Of a stretch of 64,000 bases of DNA, positions 26,511 to 35,635 are shown piece by piece. Source of the DNA: Gammaproteobacteria bacterium (GTDB taxonomy: Bacteria; Pseudomonadota; Gammaproteobacteria; Burkholderiales; Burkholderiaceae_C). Each line of letters opens with the position of its first letter. Positions within the stretch are counted from its first letter, which is position 1. The translations under genes were made by a program, and so were the position numbers. The notes under the pieces are model-generated. The model was not told the origin of the DNA. It was given only the letters and a program-made list of their open reading frames with translations, and did no database searches. The stretch spans positions 841-64,840 of the forward strand of contig JANYHL010000125.1 of NCBI GenBank assembly GCA_025359085.1. The letters are read 5' to 3'.

Positions 26511-27461
26511 CTAGTGCGAGCCGCCCCGGGCCAGATTGACACGCTCTTGAAGCATCAGTTGTGCAATGCCAACGGCGAGGCTCACCGCAGGCAGATTAGC
26601 GTTTGGCTGTACCGCCATGGAACGGAATTGCACGCGCCGCGTGTACAGACCAGAGAGGCGATTAGCGCTGGTCACGATGCGCGGCCCACGCCGTGCAATT
26701 CGCTTGAAAATCGAGACAATCTCAGCGATTGTGGTTGGACGCTCCGAGGCCACGATTCTGATGACAGCCTGTTGTGACTCAGCAATTCCGGCTAGCGCAC
26801 TGAGCATCGCGGCAGCGGCATCGTCAGAGGCAATGTAGTCACGGATTGTGTCAAATGGAACATATATTTGTATGGGCTGGTTGCGCAGGATGCAGCGTGC
26901 CATATGAGTCAGCAGACCTTGCTTCTTCTCGGTCGCCTGCCCGGAACCATAAAGAGTGGAGATTCGGGCAATGAGCGCCGTTGTAGAACGATTTCTTTTT
27001 ACGAAGGAAGACAACAAGTCCTCTTGCAGCAGTTTCGCGCGGGCATAGGCGGTGGTCGGTGTGGGCTTTGAATGTTCGGTAATGAGTTCATCGGATGACT
27101 CGGCGTAGATGGCGCCTGCCGAGCTGGCAAAGGCAATGGCACCAGGCCTTGACATGAGACGGGGATGCGACTCAAGCGTCTGCAAGACGTGAGTCAAGGC
27201 GCGGGCTTCCGGCCCAAGCGCCTCGGCGGAACTGCTCATCGTTCCAACACCCGCAGCCCAATAGATTTGCCACTGGTCAGCGGCCTGAACCCTTAATGCA
27301 AACTTGCCAACTGTCGCTGACACTTGAGCCGCCAGTGCTTCCTCGTCCCCCCAACAAAAGCGTTCATCAGGAAGGAATAGCTCCTCGCCATTGCGGCGCA
27401 AGGCACGGCAAAGTGCCGCCCCCAAGAGACCGCCACTCCCAATAACCCAAGAAATCATCAT
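26511..27461 (-). CDS. NAD-dependent NDP-sugar epimerase/dehydratase/reductase
   Basis: GSGGLLG, ASSAGAIY, YARAK (YxxxK), RISTLYG, RDYI. Confidence 0.85.
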   Translation of the reverse strand: MMISWVIGSGGLLGAALCRALRRNGEELFLPDERFCWGDEEALAAQVSATVGKFALRVQAADQWQIYWAAGVGTMSSSAEALGPEARALTHVLQTLESHPRLMSRPGAIAFASSAGAIYAESSDELITEHSKPTPTTAYARAKLLQEDLLSSFVKRNRSTTALIARISTLYGSGQATEKKQGLLTHMARCILRNQPIQIYVPFDTIRDYIASDDAAAAMLSALAGIAESQQAVIRIVASERPTTIAEIVSIFKRIARRGPRIVTSANRLSGLYTRRVQFRSMAVQPNANLPAVSLAVGIAQLMLQERVNLARGGSH

Positions 27462-28423
27462 GGCAGAACAGCCGGACGCGTTGGCTTGGTGCTGACCACA
27501 TACAGGGGCTTGCCCATGACAATGCCCATCGTCACCGCCAGATACTCAGCGATCACGCCAAGCGCCGTCAGAATGCTGCCAGAGAAAAAAGAAACAACAA
27601 TCAGCATCGACGCCCAGCCCTGCACCGGGACCTGTCCGAATACCTTGCCGTACAGGGCATAGGCCGAGATGACGATGGCCAGGATCATGGAAAAGAAACC
27701 CATGATGGTGATCAATCTCAGCGGACGTGTGCCGGTGGTCAGTATCAAGTTCCAGAAATGCCCAAACAGCCTGAAATATGAATAACCAGAAGGGCGGGTC
27801 AACTCGTCTCGAAGTCGGACCGGACAATGTCCTATGCGACCTGTCACCCAGAAAAGTCCCACATCAAGATAGACACCATTGCCACAGTACGCAGCAAGCG
27901 TCCTGGCAATCTCACCGTCCACCAGACGAAAGCTGTTGAACCTGCCAATTGCGCTATTGCCCAACATTTTTGTGCTGATTGTTTTGGCAGCCCGACTCAA
28001 ACCATTTCGAAGCCACCCATGAGGCGGCGGATTTGTAGGCTGCGCATACACCAACTGGAGTGACGAATCCAGGGCGTAGTCCAGCATGGAGCCAATATCT
28101 GCCGGGTTTTGCTGTCCATCCTCGTCCATGGTCACCACCCAATCCCCGGTAGCACTGGCCATGCCCGCCAAGGTGGCCGCGTGCTGACCGTAATTTCTGG
28201 AAAGCCACACCGACTTTGCACAGAGATACTTGGCGCAGATATCTTCAATGGTCGTATCAGACCGATCCGGTCCGCAATCGTGAACAAACAAGACCTCGCA
28301 GACCACAAAACCCTTGCCGTTGGGTGTGGTCTGCTGATGCGTCAAAGGCGCGATTTCTTCTACCAGGGTGGGCAATGTGCGAGCCCCTTGGTAGACAGGA
28401 ATGACGATGGAGACACGATGCAT
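27458..28423 (-). CDS. GtrB/ArnC-like polyprenyl-phosphate glycosyltransferase (GT2)
   Basis: SIVIPVY, VHDCGPD, LSRNYGQHAA..AG, TMDEDGQ, two C-terminal TM helices, GVIAEYL. Confidence 0.88.
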   Translation of the reverse strand: MHRVSIVIPVYQGARTLPTLVEEIAPLTHQQTTPNGKGFVVCEVLFVHDCGPDRSDTTIEDICAKYLCAKSVWLSRNYGQHAATLAGMASATGDWVVTMDEDGQQNPADIGSMLDYALDSSLQLVYAQPTNPPPHGWLRNGLSRAAKTISTKMLGNSAIGRFNSFRLVDGEIARTLAAYCGNGVYLDVGLFWVTGRIGHCPVRLRDELTRPSGYSYFRLFGHFWNLILTTGTRPLRLITIMGFFSMILAIVISAYALYGKVFGQVPVQGWASMLIVVSFFSGSILTALGVIAEYLAVTMGIVMGKPLYVVSTKPTRPAVLP

Positions 28424-28553
28424 GAAATGGCTATCTATGGACTTGATAGAAGAATTTTTGGCTGGGAAGGCAGACATTGAGTTGATCAATGTCAATTGGG
28501 CCAACACATCTCAGGCGGGCCTTGTTCATTCACCGGCTTTGCTGGAGTGGGTG

Positions 28554-29828
28554 TCAAACGGGTAAAGAAGGGGCACAATTTTCACGAGCAGCTTGGTTCA
28601 GAAAGGTGACCAAGGTCTCTGATCGTCCCAGCCGCGATGCTTTTTGGACAGCCAGTCGTTGCGGAAGACGCAAATTCCCGAGTCGCCAATCACGCACAAA
28701 AGTCGTCAAGGCCCGGGCAATTTCATCAGCGGAGTCAAGCGAAGCCGTGTCAGTCAAGCCAGCGCCTCGCAGCACCTCTGCTGTGTCCCCGGCAGAATCG
28801 GTCAACCCCAGAATGGGCTTGTCTGCGCGCAAATATTCGTAGATTTTTGCGGGTATCTGGGCATTGCAGTTGCTGGCCTGCATCACCAGCAGGGCATCAA
28901 CCGCCATCATTTCAGACAGCGCCTCGCGGTAGGACATGGCGGGGCACAGTTCAATGAAATCTTGCGCATCATGGGTTTGCGCCAAGTGTTGCAGCAGTTC
29001 ATCATGGACTGAAGCCCGAAATCGGATGCGCAGATCACCCTCCGTCAAGACTCCCGCTTTCTTCAGCCGTCCCAGGGCGACAAACAATTGTGTCGGATCG
29101 CGCTCCGACGGGTAAACAATACCGCTGTGCAGCATCAACAGCGGGCGCGCGGGCGCATCCAACACCTGGGCGCTTTCGGTGGGTGGCGGCGCAGCAGCAA
29201 AACTTTCTTCGTCATAACCGTTTTCAAGAACCACAATGCGACGGGAGGCAGCCGGGTAGCGTTGCTGGTACATCTGTGCCGCACCGGGCGTTGTAAACAC
29301 GCTGTAGCGTGCTCGCGCCAGTGCATCTTCCTCGACGGCCAAGTAGCTGCGCCAGGTGCGCGGATCGGCGGGATAACCCGCATGCGCCATGGGGTCGCGG
29401 AAGTCTGCGATCCACGGGATACCCGACTTTCGGTGCAGTGCCGAGCCAATCACATGCGCAGTTGCGATCGGGTAAGTGGACCAGATCAGATCCGGTTTGA
29501 AATCGTCAATCATCCTGAGTCCTTCACGGATGGCGGCGAACTTCCAACTGATCCAGCGGTCAGGTCGTGCCATCCAGCCCAAGTAACGCCCGGCAAACTG
29601 GAGGTGTCGTGCTGTATCCAGCGCAAACGGACGACGCACCACGGTGCCCGCTGGTACGTCTGCCAACAGATCATCACTGCTCTTCTCATAGGCCCGCGGG
29701 TCGGCGCTCAACACCAGCGGCTGCCACCCAAAGGACGGCAGATGTTGTACGAAACGCAGCGTCCGTTGAATGCCGCTGCTCCCCGCCAAAGGCGGGAAGT
29801 GGTAGGCAATCATCAATATTTTTTTCAC
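28554..29828 (-). CDS. GT4 family glycosyltransferase
   Basis: ILMIAYHFPP..SG, WIADFRDP, NGYDEE, HSGIVY, PAKIYEYL..KPIL; GTG start 29828. Confidence 0.88.
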   Translation of the reverse strand: MKKILMIAYHFPPLAGSSGIQRTLRFVQHLPSFGWQPLVLSADPRAYEKSSDDLLADVPAGTVVRRPFALDTARHLQFAGRYLGWMARPDRWISWKFAAIREGLRMIDDFKPDLIWSTYPIATAHVIGSALHRKSGIPWIADFRDPMAHAGYPADPRTWRSYLAVEEDALARARYSVFTTPGAAQMYQQRYPAASRRIVVLENGYDEESFAAAPPPTESAQVLDAPARPLLMLHSGIVYPSERDPTQLFVALGRLKKAGVLTEGDLRIRFRASVHDELLQHLAQTHDAQDFIELCPAMSYREALSEMMAVDALLVMQASNCNAQIPAKIYEYLRADKPILGLTDSAGDTAEVLRGAGLTDTASLDSADEIARALTTFVRDWRLGNLRLPQRLAVQKASRLGRSETLVTFLNQAARENCAPSLPV

Positions 29829-29933
29829 GCGGTCTCCGTGCGCCAAGGCAATGTCACTGCCACGCTGTAGCCGGTTACCCAAGCCAGCGAAGCCGTTGGT
29901 GTCAGGCCAAAGGAGGCGTTGAGTCGCTTCGCC

Positions 29934-30362
29934 TCAACAGGGAACTTGCCCAGTTCTGAGGGCGGCCTCGGCTGCCGACGCGGCACCAGTGCAAAAACTG
30001 TATGCACCACTGTTTTCGTAGACATCAAAAGTGTAGTTGCCACCACTGGTGTAGCTGTAGTTAATCTGGTCCCCCACGATGGACCACGCCCCCACTTGTT
30101 CGGTGGGATCGACGTTTCCTGGGGTCGCTGGACCCCGCTTATAGTCGATGAGCGCGCCCCCGGTTTGGTGGTATTCCTGGGCTTGCCAGGGGGGTGCTGC
30201 GCCAACGCAAACCGTCTTGCCTGTCAGCGTGTTCAGGGCCAAGCTTCCTCCTGAGCCCGCAGCGTTCATCTTATTCCAGCCACCCGTCGCCGTACAAATT
30301 GCCATCGCTTGCCCTGAAACAAGGGCAAACACAAGAGTGGTGGCAAGCGCGAATGTCTTCAT
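29934..30362 (-). CDS. Small secreted 4-Cys protein of unknown function
   Basis: Sec signal MKTFALATTLVFALVSGQAMA; mature part ICTATGG...TVCV...WQAQEYHQTGGALIDYKRGP..DPTEQVGAWSI...SFC...GQVPC; GGAG SD before ATG 30362. Confidence 0.8.
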   Translation of the reverse strand: MKTFALATTLVFALVSGQAMAICTATGGWNKMNAAGSGGSLALNTLTGKTVCVGAAPPWQAQEYHQTGGALIDYKRGPATPGNVDPTEQVGAWSIVGDQINYSYTSGGNYTFDVYENSGAYSFCTGAASAAEAALRTGQVPC

Positions 30363-30539
30363 GATGCATCTCCGAAATTTGGGTTGGGCTGGGTTCAGAC
30401 CAACCAGCCAGCGGCATGAACGCCAACCGTTCACCTGCACCGTTGATTCCGTCGTATCTCCGAAACCCACCCGGGTTGGCTGATCATCTGTTTGAGAGCC
30501 CAAGCATGCCCGCTGACGATAGGGTCAAGATGCGAAATA

Positions 30540-33500
30540 TCAATGAGTCTGCATAGTTTTCTCGAATACCAAGCCGCGTTTCGACGGCGCCACCGGATAG
30601 AGACAGGCCCACGCCAGCAACAGCAGCAGCAGCAAGAAGCGTGACGCGTCAATTTGGGTATCGAAAACTCCCCCCGCCAAAAAGCCCACAAGTGCGGCCA
30701 GCGATGCCCCTGATAGAGCATCGCCGCGCCAGGCTTTCTGCGCTGCCCTGACCGCGGCCAGAAGAAGAAGAGCGTTCAGCGCCACCAAACCGAACCAGCC
30801 CTGATCGAAGAGCACACCGAAGAACAAGCTGTGCACGCGCCAGTGCGCATGCAAGCTGCCCGCCGTGGCAAAAAACCATTGATCCAAGCCTTGTGAAAAG
30901 TCACCATTTCGCAAGAGGTTGCCGTTGTGAGCATGCTCCAGGCGCACGTTGTCAATATCGATGGTTGACTGCGCAACAGCGTAGGTGAGTGCCAGTTTTC
31001 TCGGCCTCTGGCCAAACCAGGGGTTGGCGGCGTTGGCGTTGACGCTGAAGCGTGTTTCGATGCTGCGCCAGGCACCAAACTCAGCACCGAGGTCAAACGT
31101 CGGGGACAGGCAGTTGAAAGAGGTAAGCAACCACTTTTCGCAGATCGGTACAGTGAGGGTGGCGCCTGGGCGGCTGGGACGTACATCGAGACTGAGGACG
31201 TACTGCTGCCCCGGCTGCAAAGACACAAATTGCTCCACCCCAATGGCATCCCCTGAGTCTAGCCGCAAATAACTGCTGCCCGCTTCGTGCCTGAGTTGAT
31301 AGGTGCCCACTTTCGGGTCCAGGGTGCTGCGCCAAAATTTGGTTTCAGGGAAACGGCCCAGACCCATGCCAAAGAGCGACGTAGCCCAACCGGGGTCTCG
31401 AATACCGAGCGCGTCCTGCCAGCGCGCCTGTCGAAAGGCAAGGTCGGTACTCACGGCCTCCATCCGCGACTGCAAAAACTCGCCTTTATAAATTGGCACG
31501 GCCACCAGCAGCATGACGCCTGCCAATCCGATGGAAATTACGCCGCGACGGGCAAGTCGGCTGGTACTGGCTGTCCAAGCCAGTAACACGATACAGACCG
31601 CAAGTGCAAACGCCAGGTAGCCACCCCGAGAAAAAGTAACCATCAATGCATAGGTGCTGGCCAAAACGAGTGACACGCCGCCGAGTCTGAGCAGCCAATG
31701 CCGCTTCTCGAGCGTCAGGATAATCAAAGATGGAATGGCCGCCGCAAGAAAACTATCGAGGTAGGCGCCTCCGGTGTGCCCGGCCGAAAACGGTCCAGTC
31801 ACGCGGTAACCGTCAGAGAAGTTCCAGAGTTCGCTGAATTCGATTCGCTCCCAGATAACGACAGCAACTGTCAGCGCCAGTCCGACCGTCAGCCCCCAGC
31901 CAAAGGGGCGGCGTGCGTCAACGCCAGCCGCCACAAACCTTCTGGACAAAGCAGCAACCACTGCTGCCCAACAGGCCCCCTTCACGATTCTCAGGGCGTT
32001 ATAAGCGCTGAAGTAGTTGTTGAAGGAGTTTGCGTCCGGCAACTGCAGTGGAAGCAACCCACGCACGCTGCTGATGGCAAAACTCAATACGACTGAGGTA
32101 ACTGCCAGCCTCAAAAAGGCATCAGGCGGCGCCCGACTGTGGCGCGGCGCGGGGACGCGACTGTAGGCAACCGCCAGGCTAACCAACAGGAGTGCGTCAA
32201 ATTCATCCAGAAAGAAGCGTCCGCTCCAAGGCGCCAGGTCAAACACAGGCAAGGCCGCCGCAATGAGGGCAAACACCCAGACCGGGCGATGCCAGACCAG
32301 GGCGGCGCCCGTTATAAGCACCACGCCGACAAACACCGGGAAGACGGGAAAGGCAGCCAGCCAAACACCTGCTGCCAAGAGGTACAGGAGCAGCCAGGGC
32401 CGGGGTGCCCTGAGGGGCAGGGTGGGCATTGATTGATGAGGACCCAGGAGTTGCAAAAAGCGCGCGGTGAGCCAGCTTGCCGCGCAGGCCAGAAGGATGT
32501 TGGTCGGGTCGGGGTGAAGCCCTTGAATAAAGAGCTTGCCACTTTCGATGCCCATCGCAATCACCGACGCCACGACTGCGACAAAGGCCGCTGAACGCCG
32601 ATGAGCCCATGCCAGCAGGGCAACGGGCGTGTAGGAGATGGAAACCACCCCCAGACTGAACAGGGCTAACGCTTCGGTCGTGAAATAGTGGTAGTAGAAC
32701 GGCATGAATTTGACTTGCGCCAGCTGTGCAACGGCGCCGTTCAGCCCATGCCAATCGGAGGCGAGCCAGCCATTAAGCTCAAGTAACAGTGTCAGATACG
32801 CCGCCGCCAGGGCGGGGGTGTAGCGCCGCAGCACCAGGGCGATCTGTTCCGGGGTCCAACGATGGCCGTACCGGCTCAGCGCCAGGCCGCCACAGACGCC
32901 AGCCACGCGGGTCAGAACGGACAGTCCTTGCGCGACGCCCGAAGCCATCAGGAACTGCAAGACTTCAATCAAGCTGCCCAACAACAGTCCGATCAGCGCC
33001 GCCTGCCTGTAATGGGCAAAGCGCAAACCCGCGCGCCGTGCCAACAAGAAGCCAAACGGCAAGGTCAACCCCACTTCAGCCACCAGGTGAAGGATCAGGA
33101 GCACAGGCCTGGGCGAACTGCCTGCAATCAGCCAACCCCAGCTGTCCGAATCAAGCCGGGCCGCCAGCTCCGACCACGACACAACAAAGTCGTAAGGGAA
33201 CAAGGCAAAGGCCAGGTAGGCAAAGACATAGCCGTCAAGCGCGAGCGCCGTCAGCCGCTGCGGCTTGCCAACCAATGAAGCGATCAATGTCCCGAACCAA
33301 TGGGCATACCGGGCCGACAACGCCAGGCCGATCAGGCTACCCAGACACTCGGCCAGGATGTCATTGAGAGAAACCGTTCTTTGCGGGAAGAACAGTTGGA
33401 CAAACTCGACCGTCACCGCCAGCGCCATTGACCCCCCCCCGGCGATGACAAGCAACAATGCGAGGGGCAGGTCTTTGAATTTTTTTATCAGCATCTGCGC

Positions 33501-33734
33501 CGTCAGAAATCCGACCGGGACGTAGAGCACACCGTTGGCGACCCAGTCGGCCCGTGAATCAATGCCAAGGGTTAGAAAGGGGATGTTCCTGAACGCCTGC
33601 ACAGCATCATCCCAGGGGCGATCCACGTACTGCAAGGGAACCAGGCTGCCATAGACAACAAACAACAAATAGAGCAGCAGGAGCCAGTTCTGAAGGGCTC
33701 TTGATTCCTGCTCGTGGTCATCCGTATTCGTCAT
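30540..33734 (-). CDS. 1064-aa membrane protein: tandem VanZ-like regions, O-antigen-ligase (Wzy_C)-like region and CBM-like periplasmic domain
   Basis: ANGVLYVPVG/VEFVQLFFPQRTVSLNDILA and IEVLQF (VanZ-like); TFSRGGYLA, R..RWQDA, FGMGLGRFP, HSLFFGVLFDQGWFG (ligase-like); NLLRNGDFSQGLDQWF (CBM4/9-like). Confidence 0.75.
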   Translation of the reverse strand: MTNTDDHEQESRALQNWLLLLYLLFVVYGSLVPLQYVDRPWDDAVQAFRNIPFLTLGIDSRADWVANGVLYVPVGFLTAQMLIKKFKDLPLALLLVIAGGGSMALAVTVEFVQLFFPQRTVSLNDILAECLGSLIGLALSARYAHWFGTLIASLVGKPQRLTALALDGYVFAYLAFALFPYDFVVSWSELAARLDSDSWGWLIAGSSPRPVLLILHLVAEVGLTLPFGFLLARRAGLRFAHYRQAALIGLLLGSLIEVLQFLMASGVAQGLSVLTRVAGVCGGLALSRYGHRWTPEQIALVLRRYTPALAAAYLTLLLELNGWLASDWHGLNGAVAQLAQVKFMPFYYHYFTTEALALFSLGVVSISYTPVALLAWAHRRSAAFVAVVASVIAMGIESGKLFIQGLHPDPTNILLACAASWLTARFLQLLGPHQSMPTLPLRAPRPWLLLYLLAAGVWLAAFPVFPVFVGVVLITGAALVWHRPVWVFALIAAALPVFDLAPWSGRFFLDEFDALLLVSLAVAYSRVPAPRHSRAPPDAFLRLAVTSVVLSFAISSVRGLLPLQLPDANSFNNYFSAYNALRIVKGACWAAVVAALSRRFVAAGVDARRPFGWGLTVGLALTVAVVIWERIEFSELWNFSDGYRVTGPFSAGHTGGAYLDSFLAAAIPSLIILTLEKRHWLLRLGGVSLVLASTYALMVTFSRGGYLAFALAVCIVLLAWTASTSRLARRGVISIGLAGVMLLVAVPIYKGEFLQSRMEAVSTDLAFRQARWQDALGIRDPGWATSLFGMGLGRFPETKFWRSTLDPKVGTYQLRHEAGSSYLRLDSGDAIGVEQFVSLQPGQQYVLSLDVRPSRPGATLTVPICEKWLLTSFNCLSPTFDLGAEFGAWRSIETRFSVNANAANPWFGQRPRKLALTYAVAQSTIDIDNVRLEHAHNGNLLRNGDFSQGLDQWFFATAGSLHAHWRVHSLFFGVLFDQGWFGLVALNALLLLAAVRAAQKAWRGDALSGASLAALVGFLAGGVFDTQIDASRFLLLLLLLAWACLYPVAPSKRGLVFEKTMQTH

Positions 33735-33847
33735 GGAGAGGCTTTGGTTCTGAGGCGGTCCATGCTAACCAGAGAACGCCTTGTGCCCGCATGCCAAAGA
33801 CACTGGGCATGATTTTTCGCAAATGACAGCAAGCCTGGTTCTGGAAA

Positions 33848-35569
33848 ATGGGACCAATGGCAGCGTTATCTCCTCGTTCAATCCAGTGCGACCCGCTGTC
33901 TGCCAGCAGTTTCCCCTTGAACCTTGGTTCTCCCCGGTTTTCCAACGCAGACCTGGACAAGCTCGCCCGAAGTCAGGGTTCCTTGGCGGCCTGGCGACAA
34001 GCGCTGGCCAACGATGCAGTCAGGGCGCTTGCGGGCGTGACGGGCGACTTTGCGGTGGCCTTTATTGAACCGGGTGGCCGCACATTGATGGCGGTGGACC
34101 GCTTTGCAATCCGTTCGTTGTGTTACCGCTTGGACGAGGGAACGTTGCGGTTTGCCGCACGGGTCGATGAACTCGCCGATGCGTCAACTGAAATTGACCC
34201 GCAAGCAATATTTGACTACCTCTACTTTCACGTCATCCCGTCGCCGCGCACCATTTACAAAGGCATTTTTCGGCTGCCGCCGGGTCATTGTGCGGTGTTC
34301 GAGAAGGGCCAACTCACGGTAACGCCGTACTGGACACCGACCTTCGAGGAGCAGCGAGGTGCCTCTTTTGGTGATTTGAAAGATGAGTTCAGACAACTGT
34401 TGCACGACGCCGTGACCCGGCAGCTCGACGGCAGCAAAGCGGCCTGTTTCCTCAGTGGCGGCACCGACAGCTCCACTGTGGCCGGCATGGTGGCCCGGGC
34501 CTGTGGCAAGCCTGGCGCCACTTATTCCATCGGCTTTGACGAACAGGGCTACGATGAAATGGAGTTTGCCCGCCTCGCCGCCAAACACTTTCAGACCGAG
34601 CACCACGAGTACTACGTAACACCCGATGACGTGGTGCGCAGCATCCCGGCGGTGGCGGCCCATTACGACCAGCCCTTTGGCAACTCGTCTGCCCTGCCCG
34701 CCTACTACTGCGCCAAGATGGCACGGGCAGACGGCGTGAGCAAACTGCTGGCGGGGGACGGCGGCGACGAACTCTTTGGCGGCAACACCCGCTATGCCAA
34801 ACAGAAGGTCTTTGGCTGGTATGACCATCTTCCGGCTGGGCTGCGAACGGGGCTGCTGGAACCCCTGTCCAGGTCTTCGGTCATGAACCAGATTCCGCTG
34901 TTGCGCAAGGGCGCCAGCTATGTGAACCAGGCCCAGGTTTCGATGCCCGACCGCATGATGACCTACAACCTGCTGTTTCGCTTGGGCATTCAAGCCATGT
35001 TGAGCCCGGAGCTGCTGGCGCAGGTGGATCAACATGACCCCGCCCGTCAACAAGGCCGCGTCTGGGGCCAGGCCCGTACCGACAACCTGCTCAACCGCAT
35101 GCTGGCCTTTGACTGGCGCTACACGCTGGCCGACTGTGACCTGCCCAAGGTCGTGGGCACGACCGACCTGGCGGGCGTCGGGGTCGGCTTTCCGCTGCTG
35201 GACGACCGGCTCCTGGCCTTCTCGCAAAGACTGCCCCCCAGCTACAAGCTCCAGGGACTCAAGCTGCGCTGGTTCTTTAAAGAGGCGTTACGCGACTTTC
35301 TGCCCGCCGAGATCATTGCCAAAAAAAAGCAAGGTTTCGGCCTGCCGTTTGGCGTGTGGGCCAACGCTCACCCCGCCCTCAAGACCCTGGCGGCCGACTC
35401 GCTCTACAGCTTGGCCAGGCGTGGCGTGGTGCGAACGGATTTTGTTCAAAATCTGCTCGACCAGCGCCTGCCCGAGCACCCGGGTTATTACGGCGAAATG
35501 GTGTGGATTCTGACCATGCTGGAACAGTGGTTGGCGGCGAAGGCACCCCGATTCAGCCTGGCAAATTGA
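33848..35569 (+). CDS. Asparagine-synthetase-like amide ligase lacking the N-terminal Cys, oriented opposite to its neighbours
   Basis: AVDRFAIRSLCY, FLSGGTDSS, AGDGGDELFGG, FPLLDD, KKKQGFGLP. An in-frame TGA at 33824 precludes an MCGI start. Confidence 0.85.
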   Translation: MGPMAALSPRSIQCDPLSASSFPLNLGSPRFSNADLDKLARSQGSLAAWRQALANDAVRALAGVTGDFAVAFIEPGGRTLMAVDRFAIRSLCYRLDEGTLRFAARVDELADASTEIDPQAIFDYLYFHVIPSPRTIYKGIFRLPPGHCAVFEKGQLTVTPYWTPTFEEQRGASFGDLKDEFRQLLHDAVTRQLDGSKAACFLSGGTDSSTVAGMVARACGKPGATYSIGFDEQGYDEMEFARLAAKHFQTEHHEYYVTPDDVVRSIPAVAAHYDQPFGNSSALPAYYCAKMARADGVSKLLAGDGGDELFGGNTRYAKQKVFGWYDHLPAGLRTGLLEPLSRSSVMNQIPLLRKGASYVNQAQVSMPDRMMTYNLLFRLGIQAMLSPELLAQVDQHDPARQQGRVWGQARTDNLLNRMLAFDWRYTLADCDLPKVVGTTDLAGVGVGFPLLDDRLLAFSQRLPPSYKLQGLKLRWFFKEALRDFLPAEIIAKKKQGFGLPFGVWANAHPALKTLAADSLYSLARRGVVRTDFVQNLLDQRLPEHPGYYGEMVWILTMLEQWLAAKAPRFSLAN

Positions 35570-35573
35570 ATTA

Positions 35574-35634
35574 GCTATTTTTTATATAGCAACAAACCAT
35601 TGCTGCACGCTGGCTAGAGGCTCATTTAACTAAA
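35574..35634 (+). repeat. ~60-nt dispersed repeat element, copy 2 (between convergent genes)
   Basis: GCTAT-TTTTTAT-ATAGC, 21 nt, then GGCTAGAGGCTCATTTAACTAAA. Confidence 0.75.
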
Positions 35635-35635
35635 A

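Noticed and set aside
26764-26799. Possible fourth repeat copy (ACAGC-N21-GGCTAGCGC)
   Set aside because: The upstream inverted-repeat arm is missing, so it is probably a chance match inside a CDS.
29934-29948. C-terminal GQVPC of the small secreted protein as a truncated PEP-CTERM (VPEP) signal
   Set aside because: There is no TM helix or basic tail after it; the terminal Cys more likely forms a disulfide.
30363-30539. c-di-GMP-I (GEMM) riboswitch in the leader
   Set aside because: The GGCAAAC / GAAA / ACGCAAAG hallmarks are not present.
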